Positions 21,520-37,419 of a DNA stretch of 64,000 nt are shown here, piece after piece. Positions within the stretch are counted from its first letter, which is position 1, and every line of letters begins with the position of its first letter. The notes beneath the pieces are model-generated. The model worked only from the letters and a program-made list of their open reading frames with translations. It did not search any database and was not told where the DNA came from. This DNA is from the human T2T-CHM13v2.0 reference genome, Homo sapiens. Made by a program: the position numbers and the translations under genes. The DNA is taken from assembly GCF_009914755.1 (NCBI RefSeq), contig NC_060931.1; one strand, 5' to 3'.

Positions 21520-21637
21520 TAGTCCCCCACAAGGACAATGCGTTAATTGGTCAGAACTAAAGACCTCTGAGTTTGATTCACAGGGATGTCAGAGCAATTG
21601 AGCTGGTGCTCATGGGCAGGCATAAGTGATACCACTG

Positions 21638-21940
<303 letters not shown>

Positions 21941-22394
21941 AATTGATAGCACTAAGGAAACTCTGGAAGCTGTGTTTCTTTGCTTTCAAGCTTCAAGCCG
22001 TTCCCTACTCTCTGAAGCTGCTTGGAGGAGGAGAAAAGTCCTGGAAAGATCGTTGTGACCTGTCATGCTGCAATAGGCAGGTGAGGAGGAGAGGTGGATG
22101 CTGGCAACCAGAAGTCACACAGTAAGATCAGACAGAAGAGGCTAGAACCATATCCAGGAGTCAAGAACAGGAGAAGGTAGGAAGGAAGTCTAGGAATATA
22201 AGCTGAGCCAGTTTCCAGAGAGCTGGGATTAAATGGCCTGGAATTGGTTGTTGGAACTGAAAGTCATAGTAACAGAGCTGAAGCCCTAGGACAAAGCAAG
22301 AGTGAGAGACAAAGCTGGGCTTATCAGAGAGAGACACCAGGACCTCCAAGATGGGCCAGTGAACCCTGTTCGACCATGTACACTAGCGCGGAAC

Positions 22395-22896
22395 TGTAGT
22401 GGAAGGCCTAAAATTAAAGCCCGATATCATGTTCTGCCCTGATGTCTGGTGAAACCAGGAGGGCCTCAGGTGGTGTAATTGCAAGTTCACCTCCCTCTTT
22501 TGCTTCTAAAAAGGTCCCCCAGCCAAACAACTGTTCTTATCAAAAGGACCAGGCACAGTTCCTGCTTACCCTTGAGTAGCAGGCTTCAGTTCCCTGCCAG
22601 CTCATGGAATTATTTCAAGTAGCCAATCACATCTTCCTGTGGGAATGCAGGCCACCCCATCCTCTGGATACTACAAAGCCACCTTCCACACTCCCTGCTT
22701 CTTCACTTTGCTCTCCAGTGCAGTCCTCATGTGGTCCTGTGTGGCATGCAATGTCCCCTGTCAGTATATGTGATAAATTAACTGCCGTCAATCTTATCTA
22801 CCCAGTGTTGGGTGTCGTGTAAAATTGGCCAGCCTCATAACCCTAGGGCAGGAATCCCTTCTTCACAAATGGGATGAATAAGGGGCAGTTCTTGCA
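22395..22896 (+). mobile_element. ERVL-type solo LTR (MER73/LTR53-like; family uncertain)
   Basis: TG...CA ends; perfect 5-bp TSD GGAAC. Confidence 0.7.
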
Positions 22897-22989
22897 GGAA
22901 CAGACCAGACCCTAGAGGATTCCAACTGGAAAGACAAGACATAAAAGATCACAAGTGTCTAGTGACATGCATGGACCAGACAAGAAATA

Positions 22990-23530
22990 TCAACCATTCA
23001 TTCATTCATTCAACAAATACGAATTGAGCCTTCACTATGTGCCAAGCACTGCTCTAGGCCCTGGAAACACCACCGTGAAGAAAACAGATGAAATGCCTGC
23101 CTCCACAGAACTTATATTCTGTGGTCAGGCTGGGGAAGCTGACAATAGAGGTTATGAAGAAAAATAAGTAGGGTACCAGAGATAAGGAGAGCTAGGGGTT
23201 GCTATCTTGTTTACAGAAGATAGTCATCAAGTTCTTTAACATGAAGATATTTGAACATGGGCTGTAACACAGCTGTGGCCCCAGGGCAAAGCAGAAGTGA
23301 GAGCCAAAGCCAGGCTTAGTAGAGAGAGACACCAGGACTTCCAAGATGGGTCAGTGAACCCTGTTTAACCATATACACTAGAGAAGAACTGTGGTGGGAG
23401 GTCTAAAATTAAGACTCAATATTATGTGCTGCCCTGAATGTGAGAGCGCAAGCACATGAAAATCTGAGGAAAAAGCATTTGCAACAGAAGGAATAGCCAA
23501 GGCTAAGGCAAGGAGATAGCAGCAGGAGAG
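22990..23530 (-). mobile_element. L2 3' fragment, interrupted by a local duplication
   Basis: cattcattcattcaacaaata...actatgtgccaagcactg. Confidence 0.75.
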
Positions 23531-24639
23531 GATGGAGAGCTTACTGTGCACCAGGAGCTTCTAAAAAGGGATAACTTGAGTTAGACGTAAAAGATCAAAA
23601 AGTATAATGACCAATCAACAATGATCAATCAATAAATATAATGATCAATCAATGAGTATATATGCACAGATTAGCAAATAATTATCAATCAAATACTTGT
23701 GTGACCACCACTCAGGTCGATAAATAGCAGGTTTTGACCAAAGGAAGCTTGTGAAATTCTATGTTGGCCTCTTCCATTGGCCTCTATGCATGGTGCCCCG
23801 GAGCCCAGACACCTGCAGAGAGGGCCTGGTAATGCCCTAGACCCCAAACCTGGAGTCTGAGAACTGGTTGGCATACTCCCACTCTTACCCATATTTTATA
23901 AGACTTGGATATTAACAACTTGTATTAGCTACAGACCTGGTTCATCCAGTGACAGGACAAATCAAAGCCCATCTTAGGGGTACTGGGGTTGGCCTCAGTG
24001 TTCCCACCTACTTCTGTCGAGAACCAAACTCCTCCTTCCCACCTCTAGCAGTGTGGGGTCACCACTACTCCATGAAGGAGCTCACAGTCTCCTTCCCTTT
24101 TTCCAAGAGCAGGACAGTTTGCTTAAAGTCATGAAAGCAAGAACAAAAAAATACTCTGAGCCTCCGGCAAACTGTGGCGTTCTTTAGAGCAATCCTCTCC
24201 CCTCGTTATCCAATCATTTAACAATTGTTGAGGTTTTCCACTGGGCAATTCACTGTGCCGGGTGCTAGCCAGACAGAAACAAAAAGACAGACATGAAGTG
24301 TGGGTCCTCAATACGGGAGGGGGACTCTTATATCCAGCCCTACAAGACTTCTTGGACTCTGGTTATAGCCCTTCTGGACTCGTAGGCTTGACTGCGTTTA
24401 TTTAAATGCCCAGATCAACCATTGGGAGCTACAACCATGGCCCCCAAGCTGCAATGGAAGAACACAGGCTTAGCTATTCCTCCAACCAAAGCAGACATCC
24501 TACTGTATCTGCATGACCATGACACACATACGTGCACACACAAACACACACACACTACTTTCCCTACACAGGATTTCTGCCTTCAAGACCAGCTCCATTC
24601 CTTCCCTCTTACTTTAGTATTTTTGGTGTTTCATCTTTA

Positions 24640-25000
24640 TAGATAATGCATAAAAGTGTATATGTATCTACTGAAGTATTTATAGGTGAAATGATGTAAA
24701 ACCTGCAATTGGCTTCAAAATGTCCCATGCTTTCCAAAACTGGAAGGCATGCATAAATGAAACAAAAATAGCAAAATGTGAATAATTGTTGCAGCTGGGT
24801 TTATTATATTATGGTTTTTACTTTTGGGAATGGTTGAAAATTTCCAAGATGAAAAATTAAATAAAAATCAATCAATAAGTATAATGTACAGATCAGCAAA
24901 TAATGAGGCAAATACCTGTGTGACCACCACCGAGGTCAATAAATAGTTGCCAGTCCCCAAATATGTCTTTTTGTGCTCTTGTCAAACCAGACATAATCAG
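24640..25000. mobile_element. Old L1MC/L1ME 3' fragments
   Basis: actgaagtatttataggtgaaatgat motif. Confidence 0.55.
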
Positions 25001-25571
25001 TAGCCTAGTTTTTTTCTTTCCAATTTTTTTATTGTGTTAAAATTTATGTAGCATGAAATTTACCATTTTAACCATTTTTAAGTGTACATTTTTAAGTGTA
25101 CAGTCCTGTGGCATTAAGTACATTCATATTGTGCCACTATCATCACCACCCACCACCAGAATTTTTTCATCTTGCCAATTGAAACCATATACCCATTAAA
25201 CAATAAATCTTCATTTCCCTCCCCTGTGAATTAGGGTTCTCTGGAGGGACAGGACTAATAGGATAGATGTATATATAAATGGGAGTTTATTAAGGAATAT
25301 TGACTTACACGATCACAAGGTGAAGTCCCACAGTAGGCCATCTGCAAGCTGAGGAACAAGGAAGTCAGTCCGAGTCCCAAAAGCTAAAAAGTAGGGAAGC
25401 CAACAGTGCCGCTTTCAGTCTGTGGCTGAAGGTCCGAGAGCCACAGGCAAACCACTGGTATAAGTCCAAGAGTCCAAAAGCTGAAGAACTTGTAGTCCAA
25501 TGTTCGAGTGCAGGAAGCATCCAGCATGGGAGAAAGGTGGAGGCCAAAAGACTCAGCCAGTCTAGTCCTTC

Positions 25572-27119
25572 TGAGAGGTGACAGCGTGCTGGCAGTCCTC
25601 AGCCCCCGCTCGCTCTCGGGGCCTCCTCTGCCTGGGCTCCCACTTTGGCTGCACTTGAGGAGCCCTTCAGCCCACCGCTGCATTGTGGGAGCCCCGTTCT
25701 GGGCTGGCCAAGGCCAGAGCTTGGCTCCCTCAGCTTGCAGGGAGGCGTGGAGGGAGAGGCGCCAGCAGGAACCGGGGCTGCGCGCCGCGCTTGCGGGCCA
25801 GCTGGAGTTCAGGGTGGGCGTGGGCTTGGCGGGCCCACATTGAGAGCAGCCGGCCGGCCCTGCCGGCCCAGGGCAATGAGGGGCTTAGCACCCGGGCCAG
25901 CGGCTGCGGAGGGTGTACTGGGTCCCCCAGCAGTGCCAGCCCACCGGCGCTGCGCTCAATTTCTCACCGGGCCTTAGCTGCCTTCCCGTGAGGCAGGGCT
26001 CGGGACCTGCAGCCCGCCATGCCTGAGCCTCCCACCCACTCCATGGGCTCCTGTGCGGCCCGAGCCTCCCCGATGAGCGCCACCCCCTGCTCCACGGCGC
26101 CCAGTCCCATCGACAACCCAAGGGCTGAGGAGTGCCGGCGCACAGCACCGGGACTGGCAAGCAGCTCCACCTGCAGCCCCGGTGCAGGATCCACTGGGTG
26201 AAGCCAGCTGGGCTCCTGAGTCTGGTGGGGACGTGGAGAACCTTTATGTCTAGCTCAGGGATTGTAAATACACCAATCAGCACCCTGTGTCTAGCTCAGG
26301 GTTTGTGAATGCACCAGTGGGCATTCTGTATCTAGCTACTCTGGTGGGACCTTGGAGAACCTTTATGTCTAGCTCAGGGATTGTAAATACACCAATCGGC
26401 ACTCTGTATCTAGCTCAAGGTTTGTAAACACACCAATCAGCACCCTGTGTCTAGCTCAGGGTTTGTGAATGCACCAATCGACACTCTGTATCTAGCTACT
26501 CTGGTGGGGCCTTGGAGAACCTTTGTGTCCACACTCTGTATCTAGCTAACCTGGTGGGGACGTGGAGAACCTTAGTGTCTAGCTCAGGGATTGTAAACGC
26601 ACCAATCAGCGCCCTGTCAAAACAGACCACTGGGCTCTACCAATCAGCAGGATGTGGGTGGGGCCAGATAAGAGAATAAAAGCAGGTTGTCCAAGCCAGC
26701 AGTGGCAACCCGCTCGGGTCCCCTTCCACCCTGTGGAAGCTTTGTTCTTTTGCTCTTTGCAATAAATTTTGCTACTGCTCACTCTTTGGGTCCACACTGC
26801 TTTTATGAGCTGTAACACTCACTGCGAAGGTCTGCAGCTTCACTCCTGAAGCCAGCGAGCCCACGAGCCCACCGGGAGGAACGAACAACTCCAGACGCGC
26901 CACATTAAGAGCTGTAATGCTCACCGCGAAGGTCTGAAGCTTCACTCCTGAGCCAGTGAGACCACGAACCCACCAGAAGGAAGGAACTCCGAACACATCC
27001 GAACATCAGAAGGAACAAACTCCAGACGCACCACCTTAAGAGCTGTAACACTCACCGCGAGGGTCCACGGCTTCATTCTTGAAGTCAGTAAGACCAAGAA
27101 CCCACCAATTCCGGACACA
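25572..27119 (+). mobile_element. LTR12C (ERV9) solo LTR, full length, 1548 bp
   Basis: tgagaggtgacagcgtgctggc...ccaattccggacaca; TSD CTTC; CpG-rich U3; CCAAT-containing tandem repeats. Confidence 0.96.
26270..26710 (+). promoter_or_regulatory. LTR12C promoter: repeated CCAAT (NF-Y) boxes, GC box 26656-26665, GATA 26666-26671, AATAAAA TATA-like 26675-26681
   Basis: Motifs read directly; matches known ERV9 LTR promoter architecture; activity not shown. Confidence 0.7.
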
Positions 27120-27330
27120 CTTCCACGTTCCTCTTCCTGCTTTTATTCTAGCCACACTGGCAGCTGATGAGATGGCACCCACCTAGATTGAGGATGGGTC
27201 TGTGTCTCCCAGTCCACCGACTCAAATGTTAATCTCCCTTGGCAACACCCTCATGGACATGCCCAGGAACAATACTTTGCATCCTTTGATCCAACCAAGT
27301 TAACACTCAATACTCACTATCAGACCCTGG

Positions 27331-28065
<735 letters not shown>

Positions 28066-28887
28066 CCTGGCAATCACCATTCTATTTTCTGTCTATGAAT
28101 TTGCCCATTCTAGGTAACTCCTCTACGTGGAATCCTATAGTGTGTGTGTTTTTGTGACTGGCTTATTTTATTTCACATCATGTCCTCAAGGTTCATCTGT
28201 GTTGTAGCATCTGTCAGAGTCTACTTACCCTTTAAGGCTGAATAATATTCCATTGTATGTATATATCACATTTTGCTTTTGTGACAATCATTTCCTTGGC
28301 CTTTTTATTATTTTGCTACCTAGGTGGTAAAATAAACAATACATTGCTAAACAATACAATTTAGTTTTTCCTGTTATTGAGCTATGTAAATGGAATTATA
28401 CAGTGTGTGTTCTTTTATGAGAAGAAGAGAAAATTTGAGGGAAGAGCTTGACTGAGTTGGGAAGAGTTTTAGTCTGTCTTTGTATGAATGAGGACACCCA
28501 GGCTCAGGGAGAGGGAATTCCCACCCAAAGTCCCACATGAGGAATAGGCTGGCTTCCAGGTCCCTGGGCCATTAGGGCAGAGCTATTCCACTGATCTAAC
28601 AGTTTTGTTCAAGACCACACAACCAGCAGCAGGACTGAGAAGAGGACAATCACAGTGGGTTGAGTGAACTTCACAAGGACTATTGGCCATTGGCAGATTT
28701 GCACATGAGGCTGGCTGCTCTAGGTGGATTCAGTTCAAAGGAGTTTAGTTTGTGAAGGACCAAAATAATTTCTCCCAAGACAAAGTCAAACAGAAGACAG
28801 CCCTGGGGGAGCAAATCCAAGCAGCATCATAGGGAAGAAGGGCTAGTGATTTGCACCATAAAAATTTATGTAGTATATGACCTATGA

Positions 28888-29380
28888 TGTAGGCAGGCTG
28901 AATAATGACCCCCAAGATATTCATGTCCTAATCTCTAGAACCTATGCATGTTACCTTATATGACAAAGACTTTGCAGATGTGATTAACTTAAGGGTCTTG
29001 AGATGGAGGGCCCATCCTGGATTATCCTGGTGAGCCCTGAGTGTCATCACAAGTGTCCTTATGAGAAGGTGGTAGATGGAAACTACAGAAAGAAGAGAAG
29101 AAGGCAATGTGACCAAGAAGGCAGAAACTGGAGTGATATTAGAGTGATGTAACCATGTGCTAAGGAATTCCAACAGCCCCCTGGAAGCTGAAAGAGGCAA
29201 GGAACAAATTCTCCCCTAGGGCCTCCAGAGAGAGCCAGCTCTGCCGCCATCTTGATTTTGGTCCAGTCAAACCAATTTCAGACTTCTGGACTCCAGACCT
29301 GTGAGAGGATAAATCTGTGTTGTTTTAAGCTACTCCAAGTTTGTAGTAATTTATACAGAAGCCATAGGAAAAATAATACA
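28888..29380 (+). mobile_element. MLT1D-type MaLR LTR
   Basis: aggcaggctgaataatgacccccaagat...taataca. Confidence 0.85.
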
Positions 29381-29493
29381 GATGTACTTATTGAGTATCT
29401 ACAGTTCACTTGGGATTAAAGAATCAATACACAAATAAATAAATCTACAGTTCACTTGGGCACCTGAGATGAAAGAATAAATAAGACCTCGCC

Positions 29494-29898
29494 TGTCCTA
29501 GTCTGTTTGTGCTGCTATAACAGAATACAGAGACCGGATAATTTATAAAGAAGAGAAATTTATTTTCTTACAGTTCTGGAGGGTGGAAAGTCCAAGATCG
29601 AGATGCCAACAAGTCTGGTGTCTGGTGAGGGCTGCTCTCTGCTTCCAAGATGGTGCACTGAACACTGCACCTGCCAGATGTAAGGAAGAGTGTCCTAATG
29701 TGGTGGAAAGCAGAAAGGCAAAAAGGGGTGAACTGTCAAGCCCTTTCATAAGGGCAACTAATACCATGCTTAAGGGCAACTAGTCTCTGCCCTCATTACT
29801 TGTTCACCTCCCAAAGACCACATCTCTCAATACTGTTGCAATGGCAATTAACATTCAACATGAATTTTTGTAGGGGACAAAAACATTCAAACCATAGA
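29494..29898 (-). mobile_element. MSTD/MLT1A-type MaLR LTR
   Basis: tgtcctagtctgtttgtgctgctataac...acattcaaaccatag. Confidence 0.82.
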
Positions 29899-30027
29899 GT
29901 AGTTCCTGGTGTCAAGAAGTCAAAATAGTGTGATGGAAGGAAGGATATATCAAGGAAGGCTTCTTAGAGGAGGTAATGTTTCAGAATGAGAATGAGTGAG
30001 GCAGGTGAAGAAAAAGAAGTACATGCT

Positions 30028-30714
<687 letters not shown>

Positions 30715-31539
30715 TTACACTTTTGGCTTTTATATTAAAGGGGAGTTATTTCTCTAAAACATATTAAGAGGGGGTCAGATGCTAGGCAGCCCCAAGAGAA
30801 TAATAATTATCACCTCACCAGGAATGGACATGAGAGGATGGACTTAAATGACATCATTGACTTCCTCGGAGAGAAAGTGCCCAACTGCTGACGGAAATTA
30901 AGAAACTCTGATGTCTGGTCATTATGATTTTATTAACTGCTAAGGAGAGCTTTTCACTGCCTAAACGGAAGCTTTAGCACTGCAAATTGAATGCAGCTCT
31001 CTGTTGTTGCATAGTGTTTTATGATCAGAGTACGTGGATGCTGTCCTTTGCAAACCGCTGTCCATTACAGAAACAGCAGGTGTTTCAATTGTTCCTTCTC
31101 TGATGAGCCCAGTCTGACATTTCAAGTATTTTATATTTCAACCCAGAAAGTATTTGTTAATGTCTTCATCCTGAGCATTGCAGAAGGATGAAGAGATGAT
31201 TCTGGGAGCTACTTCAGGCCTAACAGGGACTCAAGAACCTCCATAGCATCTTGGATTCTTCAATCTTTGTTAGGAGGTCTGGCTTCTCCTCAGAGAAGTG
31301 TTCTACTTGGAGCAGAATCTTTTCTTGTTTCCTTTCTGGGGGGATTTCTACAAATCCAGACACTTCAGAAAGATGCCCATTTTCCCAGAAAACTTGAACT
31401 CTCTCATCATTGTGATAGTTATAATAAATTTTTATTTTTTTTTTTTTTGCTCAGCCAGGTCATAGCTTCCCTTCATCAAATGCCACAACAGCTTTTTGAA
31501 GGTATATATAATTCACAGTATATATAATAAGTATATGTG

Positions 31540-31660
31540 ATCTATAATAATTCATGGTTTACAGATGAGAAAATGGAGACACTGAGTGATTAAGGGGCTT
31601 AACCATGTTTAGGGCAGACAGGAGGCCAAGATGAGAACCCAGGTTGTCTGATACCTCAGC
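31540..31660 (-). mobile_element. MIR fragment
   Basis: tttacagatgagaaaatggagacac. Confidence 0.65.
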
Positions 31661-31748
31661 GTGCTCCTCTCTCTCAACAGATATATCTTGTATTTAGCCT
31701 TAACTTAGCTCACTCGAGAGAGAGGTAGGAGAGCTTCACACTTTTGAT

Positions 31749-32267
<519 letters not shown>

Positions 32268-33370
32268 CTTTAGACCCTGCTGCAGTTATAATAAAGGAAG
32301 CTTTGGGAGGTGGTGAAGAAATGCAAGGGTTTGCAGCAACTGAAGACTCTGGTTTGGCACCAGGCAATGCCCATCTGAGAAATAGGAGCATCTGCTGTAT
32401 GGCGGGAAGAGTCAGCAAAGCCTGTTCCATCTTGGAGACTTGGGACAGAGTGACAGTATCCCTTAGGTCCTGAGTGTCAGTAGCAGTCATAGCTCTGAGA
32501 AGTCAGATCCCTGGACCGCAGGGTAGGAATTGATCAGCGAGATAGAAACAGGCACAGTCGGGGCTGCGACCAACAACTCCAGGAGCTTGCCTGGGGTACC
32601 ATCAGCCATGAGGGCTTGACTCGGTCAAGCTGGAGGGGCTGCGTGCTGATGCCCTCGGGCAAGAAGGCACCGGTGAGCCCTCTTGCCCCTGCAAAGTGGT
32701 GGCTGCTGGGGGGCATTTGGGTTACTCTGTTACCCTCTCCCATTTGTCCGGGCTGATGTGGGCTGCATTTCTGCTGCGTTGCTTGCATTTTTATCTTGGC
32801 TACTCTCCCTCAATGGTGATCACCACTTGACCCCTCTCAGACATAAACATTAGTGCTGTGAGGAGTGGTTAATAATATCTCAGAGTTATCACATGGCTAA
32901 TTTAGGGGAGATAAACAGCCTTGCAGCTTTCATCTTCCCCAAATGAGAGAAAGGAAAAAAAAATTGCGGGCACCAAAATAGATATTTCTGGATAACAGCA
33001 TCTAACATGGGAATGATGCTGAGATTTTCCATTTATTTTATGCGCTGTGAAGTCAAATCATTTACAGGCAAAAACAAATACACTATCGAATTAAAAAAAA
33101 AACCCAGATTATTTTAAAATGCTAACTCTTTACATGTATCTGGCAAAACTAGTTGAGCTGAAAAAAAAAAAAAAGTGCCAGGGACTGGGGAACATGAGGA
33201 CTTCTGTGTTTCAGAGGATGCTGGCCTGGGATGGATGGTCTTCATTGGGTCTAGAATGTGCCCATCCCAGGCACATCATTTCAAGCTTCAGCTTACCCTT
33301 TGGCCAGTCAACTTATCACCTGGCACAAGCTGGGTACTGAAGAATATGGCAGGATGTAAGAGTCTTGGCT

Positions 33371-34110
33371 TGCAAAATCAAAACCATAATGAGATACCAT
33401 CTCACATCAGTCAGGATGGCTATTACTAAAAACTCAAAAATTAACTGAAGTTGGCAGGGTTGCGGAGAAAGGGGAACGTTCATACACGATTGGTGGGATT
33501 GGAAATTAGTTCAGCCTCTGTGGAGAGCAGTTTGGAGATTTCTCAAAGAACTAAAAATGGAATTACCTTTTAACCCAGCAATCCCATTACTGGTTATCTA
33601 CCCAACACCCCGCAAAATTAAATTGTTCTACCAAAAAGACACCTGCACTCACATGTTCGTCTATTTTCAATAGCAAAGACACGGAACCAACCCAGGTGCC
33701 CATCAGTGGTGGACTGCATAATGAAGATGTGGTACATATACACCATGGAATACTATGCAGCCATAAAAAAGAACAAAATCATGTCCTTTGCAGTAACATG
33801 GATGCAGCTGGAGGCCATTATCTTAAGTGAATTAACACAGAAACTGAAAACTAAATACTGCATGTTCTCATTTATAATTGGGAGCTAAACACTGGGTACT
33901 CAGGGACATAAAGATGGGAACAATAGATCCTGGGGGCTCCAAAAGGATAGAGGCAAGGAGAGAGGCAAGGGTTGAAAAACTACCTATTAGGTACTATGTT
34001 CACTATTTGGGTAACAGGTTCAATGGAAGCCCAAACCTCAGCATCACGCAATCTACCCATGTAACAAACCTGCACATGTACCCCATGAATCTAAAATGAA
34101 AACTTTATAA
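33371..34110 (+). mobile_element. L1PB/L1PA16-like 3' end
   Basis: ORF 33706-33888 (MWYIYTMEYYAAIKKN) is the L1 ORF2 C-terminus; 3'UTR follows. Confidence 0.88.
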
Positions 34111-35346
34111 AAGGGTCGTGGCATGTGGAAGGAACCCTGATCCATTACCTGCTAGCATAAATGTCTGGGCTTGTCCTTTGACCCCTGTATATCTTAGTTG
34201 TCAAAGGGGAGAATATTTTTCCCCCACAGAGATAAATCAATGCACACGTGGTATGTAAATCTACAAATGACCCACATGAATTTGTTATTTCGCATTAGCG
34301 TGGTGCCCTTCCTGTTCTTTCTGTTCACAGCTTGCTGCCGTAGGCACTGTGGACCACTTAACCCATCTGATCCCATTTGTTTCCCAGGAAAATAATTTAC
34401 CCATCAAAATGAGAGAAAGAACAGCTAGGGCCAGAGACACACCAATAGGAAGCAAACAGGTATTGAACTGTTGATTCATTTCTGAAACTAAAGAAGGACA
34501 TAGTCATTTTTTAAACACGAATAGTGTTTCTGGGTCAGGAAACAGAAATAATTGCTGTCTTATTATTTCAGCTTTTTCTATGTGAATGTGTTCCCGAGGA
34601 CTCAATTTAGTAGAGCAGACAGAGAAGGACTTTTGTGGGCAACTGAGTTCTGCGGGCATCCTGTGATCTGTGCAATGTGCAAAAGCCATTAGCAGTCTGC
34701 ACCGCTGCAGGCTTGTATAATCACCTCTCCAGGGTCTTAGCTGAAAGTCTTGAGATGTGAGCCCCTGTTTCAGACTGGCCCACTATGAAAGCCAATTCTG
34801 CCAGAGCAGATTAAAGGTGTGAGTGGTAAAACAAATTTCTTCCTCTTTTAAAGTCATCTTATCCTTGCCTTTCGAAGATGGCATGGCTAAGCCACAGCCA
34901 CCAGCATGTAAACTAGGAGCTGTTTCTCTGGGGCAGAGAGGGATTTATCCTCTTTCATCCATGTGTTCTGGTCTACTGTTTATGCAAGAATTGTCAGGCA
35001 CCTGGCCAAATTCAGAGGACTGGGACTCAGCAAACTGGCTGAGGAAGGAAGCGACACTGTGACCCCTTGTGCCAGCCAGCCTCATCAAATCTCAGAGGTG
35101 AAGGCAAAGATGGGGAAATGGGAGGACCCTTGGAGGAAATACTATCTAGCCTTGCTTCATTGTAAAGCTCTCACAACCTATCATTTTAATCACTGCATTC
35201 TTCATGTAGTTTTCAATCAATGGCACCACCCGTCCATTTAATAACGTTCTTAGCACTTGCTTTAGTGAGAACGCTGTTAGGATTGAGGAATAGAGACACC
35301 ACGGTGCTACAGACTGCACAAGACAGTCAGGACTCAAGAAATATTG

Positions 35347-35815
<469 letters not shown>

Positions 35816-36406
35816 TAAATAAATATTTTTTAAAAGAAATATAAATAGGTGGATAAGCAACCACACACGCGCACACTCGCCGTGCCTCATTCTATCATTC
35901 TACAAAAAGGCTCTGAGAAGGCATCCAGGAATATAAGCATTCTGATAAACAGGAAAATCAGTGTTAAATTCTGGCATATGACATATATGTAGAAAATGTA
36001 CAGATAATAGAAGGACACATCTGGTGGAAATCCAAGAATTTCATACGATTCCATCAGGCAAAAGAATAGGTATGAAAACTCAAATTGAGGAAAGAATCCT
36101 GGCCACCAAAAGGAAATGAAAAATATAATTACAAATACTCGCTGTTCCTATTTCCCCTCCCTCAAAGTATATTAATGCTTCAGGATGAACCAAGATTTGC
36201 TAGACCAGTGGGTTTAAAATTTTTTCTTTCACATGGGGCTTCACAGAAAGGATAAACAGCAGCTTCAACATCATGTCCAGAGTACTGCAGGAATGAGTTT
36301 GTAGAGCAGGTCCTTATTAGCATTCCTCCAAGTGAGTGGAGAGGCCATTTAGGAAAATCTCTTCTGTTGCAGGAGCTGAACAATATACACCTTCTCAATG
36401 ATTGTC

Positions 36407-36578
36407 TAGTGGTCTTCGAGCTTTGATGTGGATCAGAATTACCTGGGAAACTTAAAAAAAAAAAAGATTCTTAGGCCCTCTGTTATAGAGTCAGATTGAG
36501 CAAATTGGCATGGGCATCTGCATTTTTAATAATCTCCTCAAGTGATCACTGTACCTGCCCAAGACTGAAAACTATTGA
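36407..36578. mobile_element. MER5A
   Basis: atcagaattacctgggaaactt...ggcatctgcatttttaa...actgaaaactattg. Confidence 0.7.
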
Positions 36579-37419
36579 TTTGTTTGGATGCCGGAACTCC
36601 ATGAGCCTTGCTATGCCCCTGAGTCCACCGGCTGGCATTCTTCACTGGTGGACATCTTTTCAGGTTTGCTTAACATGTTAAGACACATTAGGCAATTGCT
36701 TGCAGGGATGCCCCACTGAACTTTCCTAAGTAAACAACCAAATCAATAATCTCCAGACATTTAAAGCTTTATTTTTATATACCAGATCAGCAAGTACAGG
36801 GAAACTTCCCCATGTCTTGGGTTTTAGCAGATTTCAATTGCATAGCATGAATTAAAGTTGTATTCATTAAACACCAGGAATGTAATTATGTTTGGGAAGA
36901 TGTAAGTGCTTTCCCCTGTGGCTAGGAAGAAAGGCATAATAGAATCTCTACTGGATTCATTCGCCTTTCTCATTGTAACTTTTCCCTTCCCAGGATGTTT
37001 GGTTTGTGCCTATATGAGGCTCCCAGTTCAGCAATTTTGATGAAATGACCAGTTGAAAATGGGTCAATTTGGTTAATAAAAAGTTAATTAAACTGGTGAC
37101 ATCAACAAGATGTCAGAATGACCTTGCAGCTCTTGTATCCTTATAGAAACATTAATTTTAACAACTATCCATAAATTAAAATACCTTCACAAGAGCTAAG
37201 GAAATCAGGTGAGAGACTACAGCACCTGGATGTTGTACAGAAATAAGAAGAAACATGGGAGAGGGTAAGAAGGATAGTTTTACATCACTCATATCACCCT
37301 TCCTTCGAGCTTTGGCAGCACAGCATGGAGACAGAAATGCCATCCATGCAGGGATAGGAGAGTAAAGTGAGCACCAGACTTTGCCTTGAACCCTGACACT
37401 GATTGATTCCAATACAACC

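Larger units (their letters stand above)
25225..27324 (-). mobile_element. MLT2B1-like HERV-L LTR, split by LTR12C
   Basis: ttagggttctctggagggacaggactaatagg...; resumes at 27120. Confidence 0.85.

Noticed and set aside
25508-26283. GC-rich overlapping ORFs and an apparent CpG-island gene start
   Set aside because: Lies almost entirely within the LTR12C U3 region.
26220-26620. Regularly recurring repeats resembling a CRISPR-like array
   Set aside because: These are the standard LTR12 U3 tandem repeats; no unique spacers or cas genes, and the context is eukaryotic.
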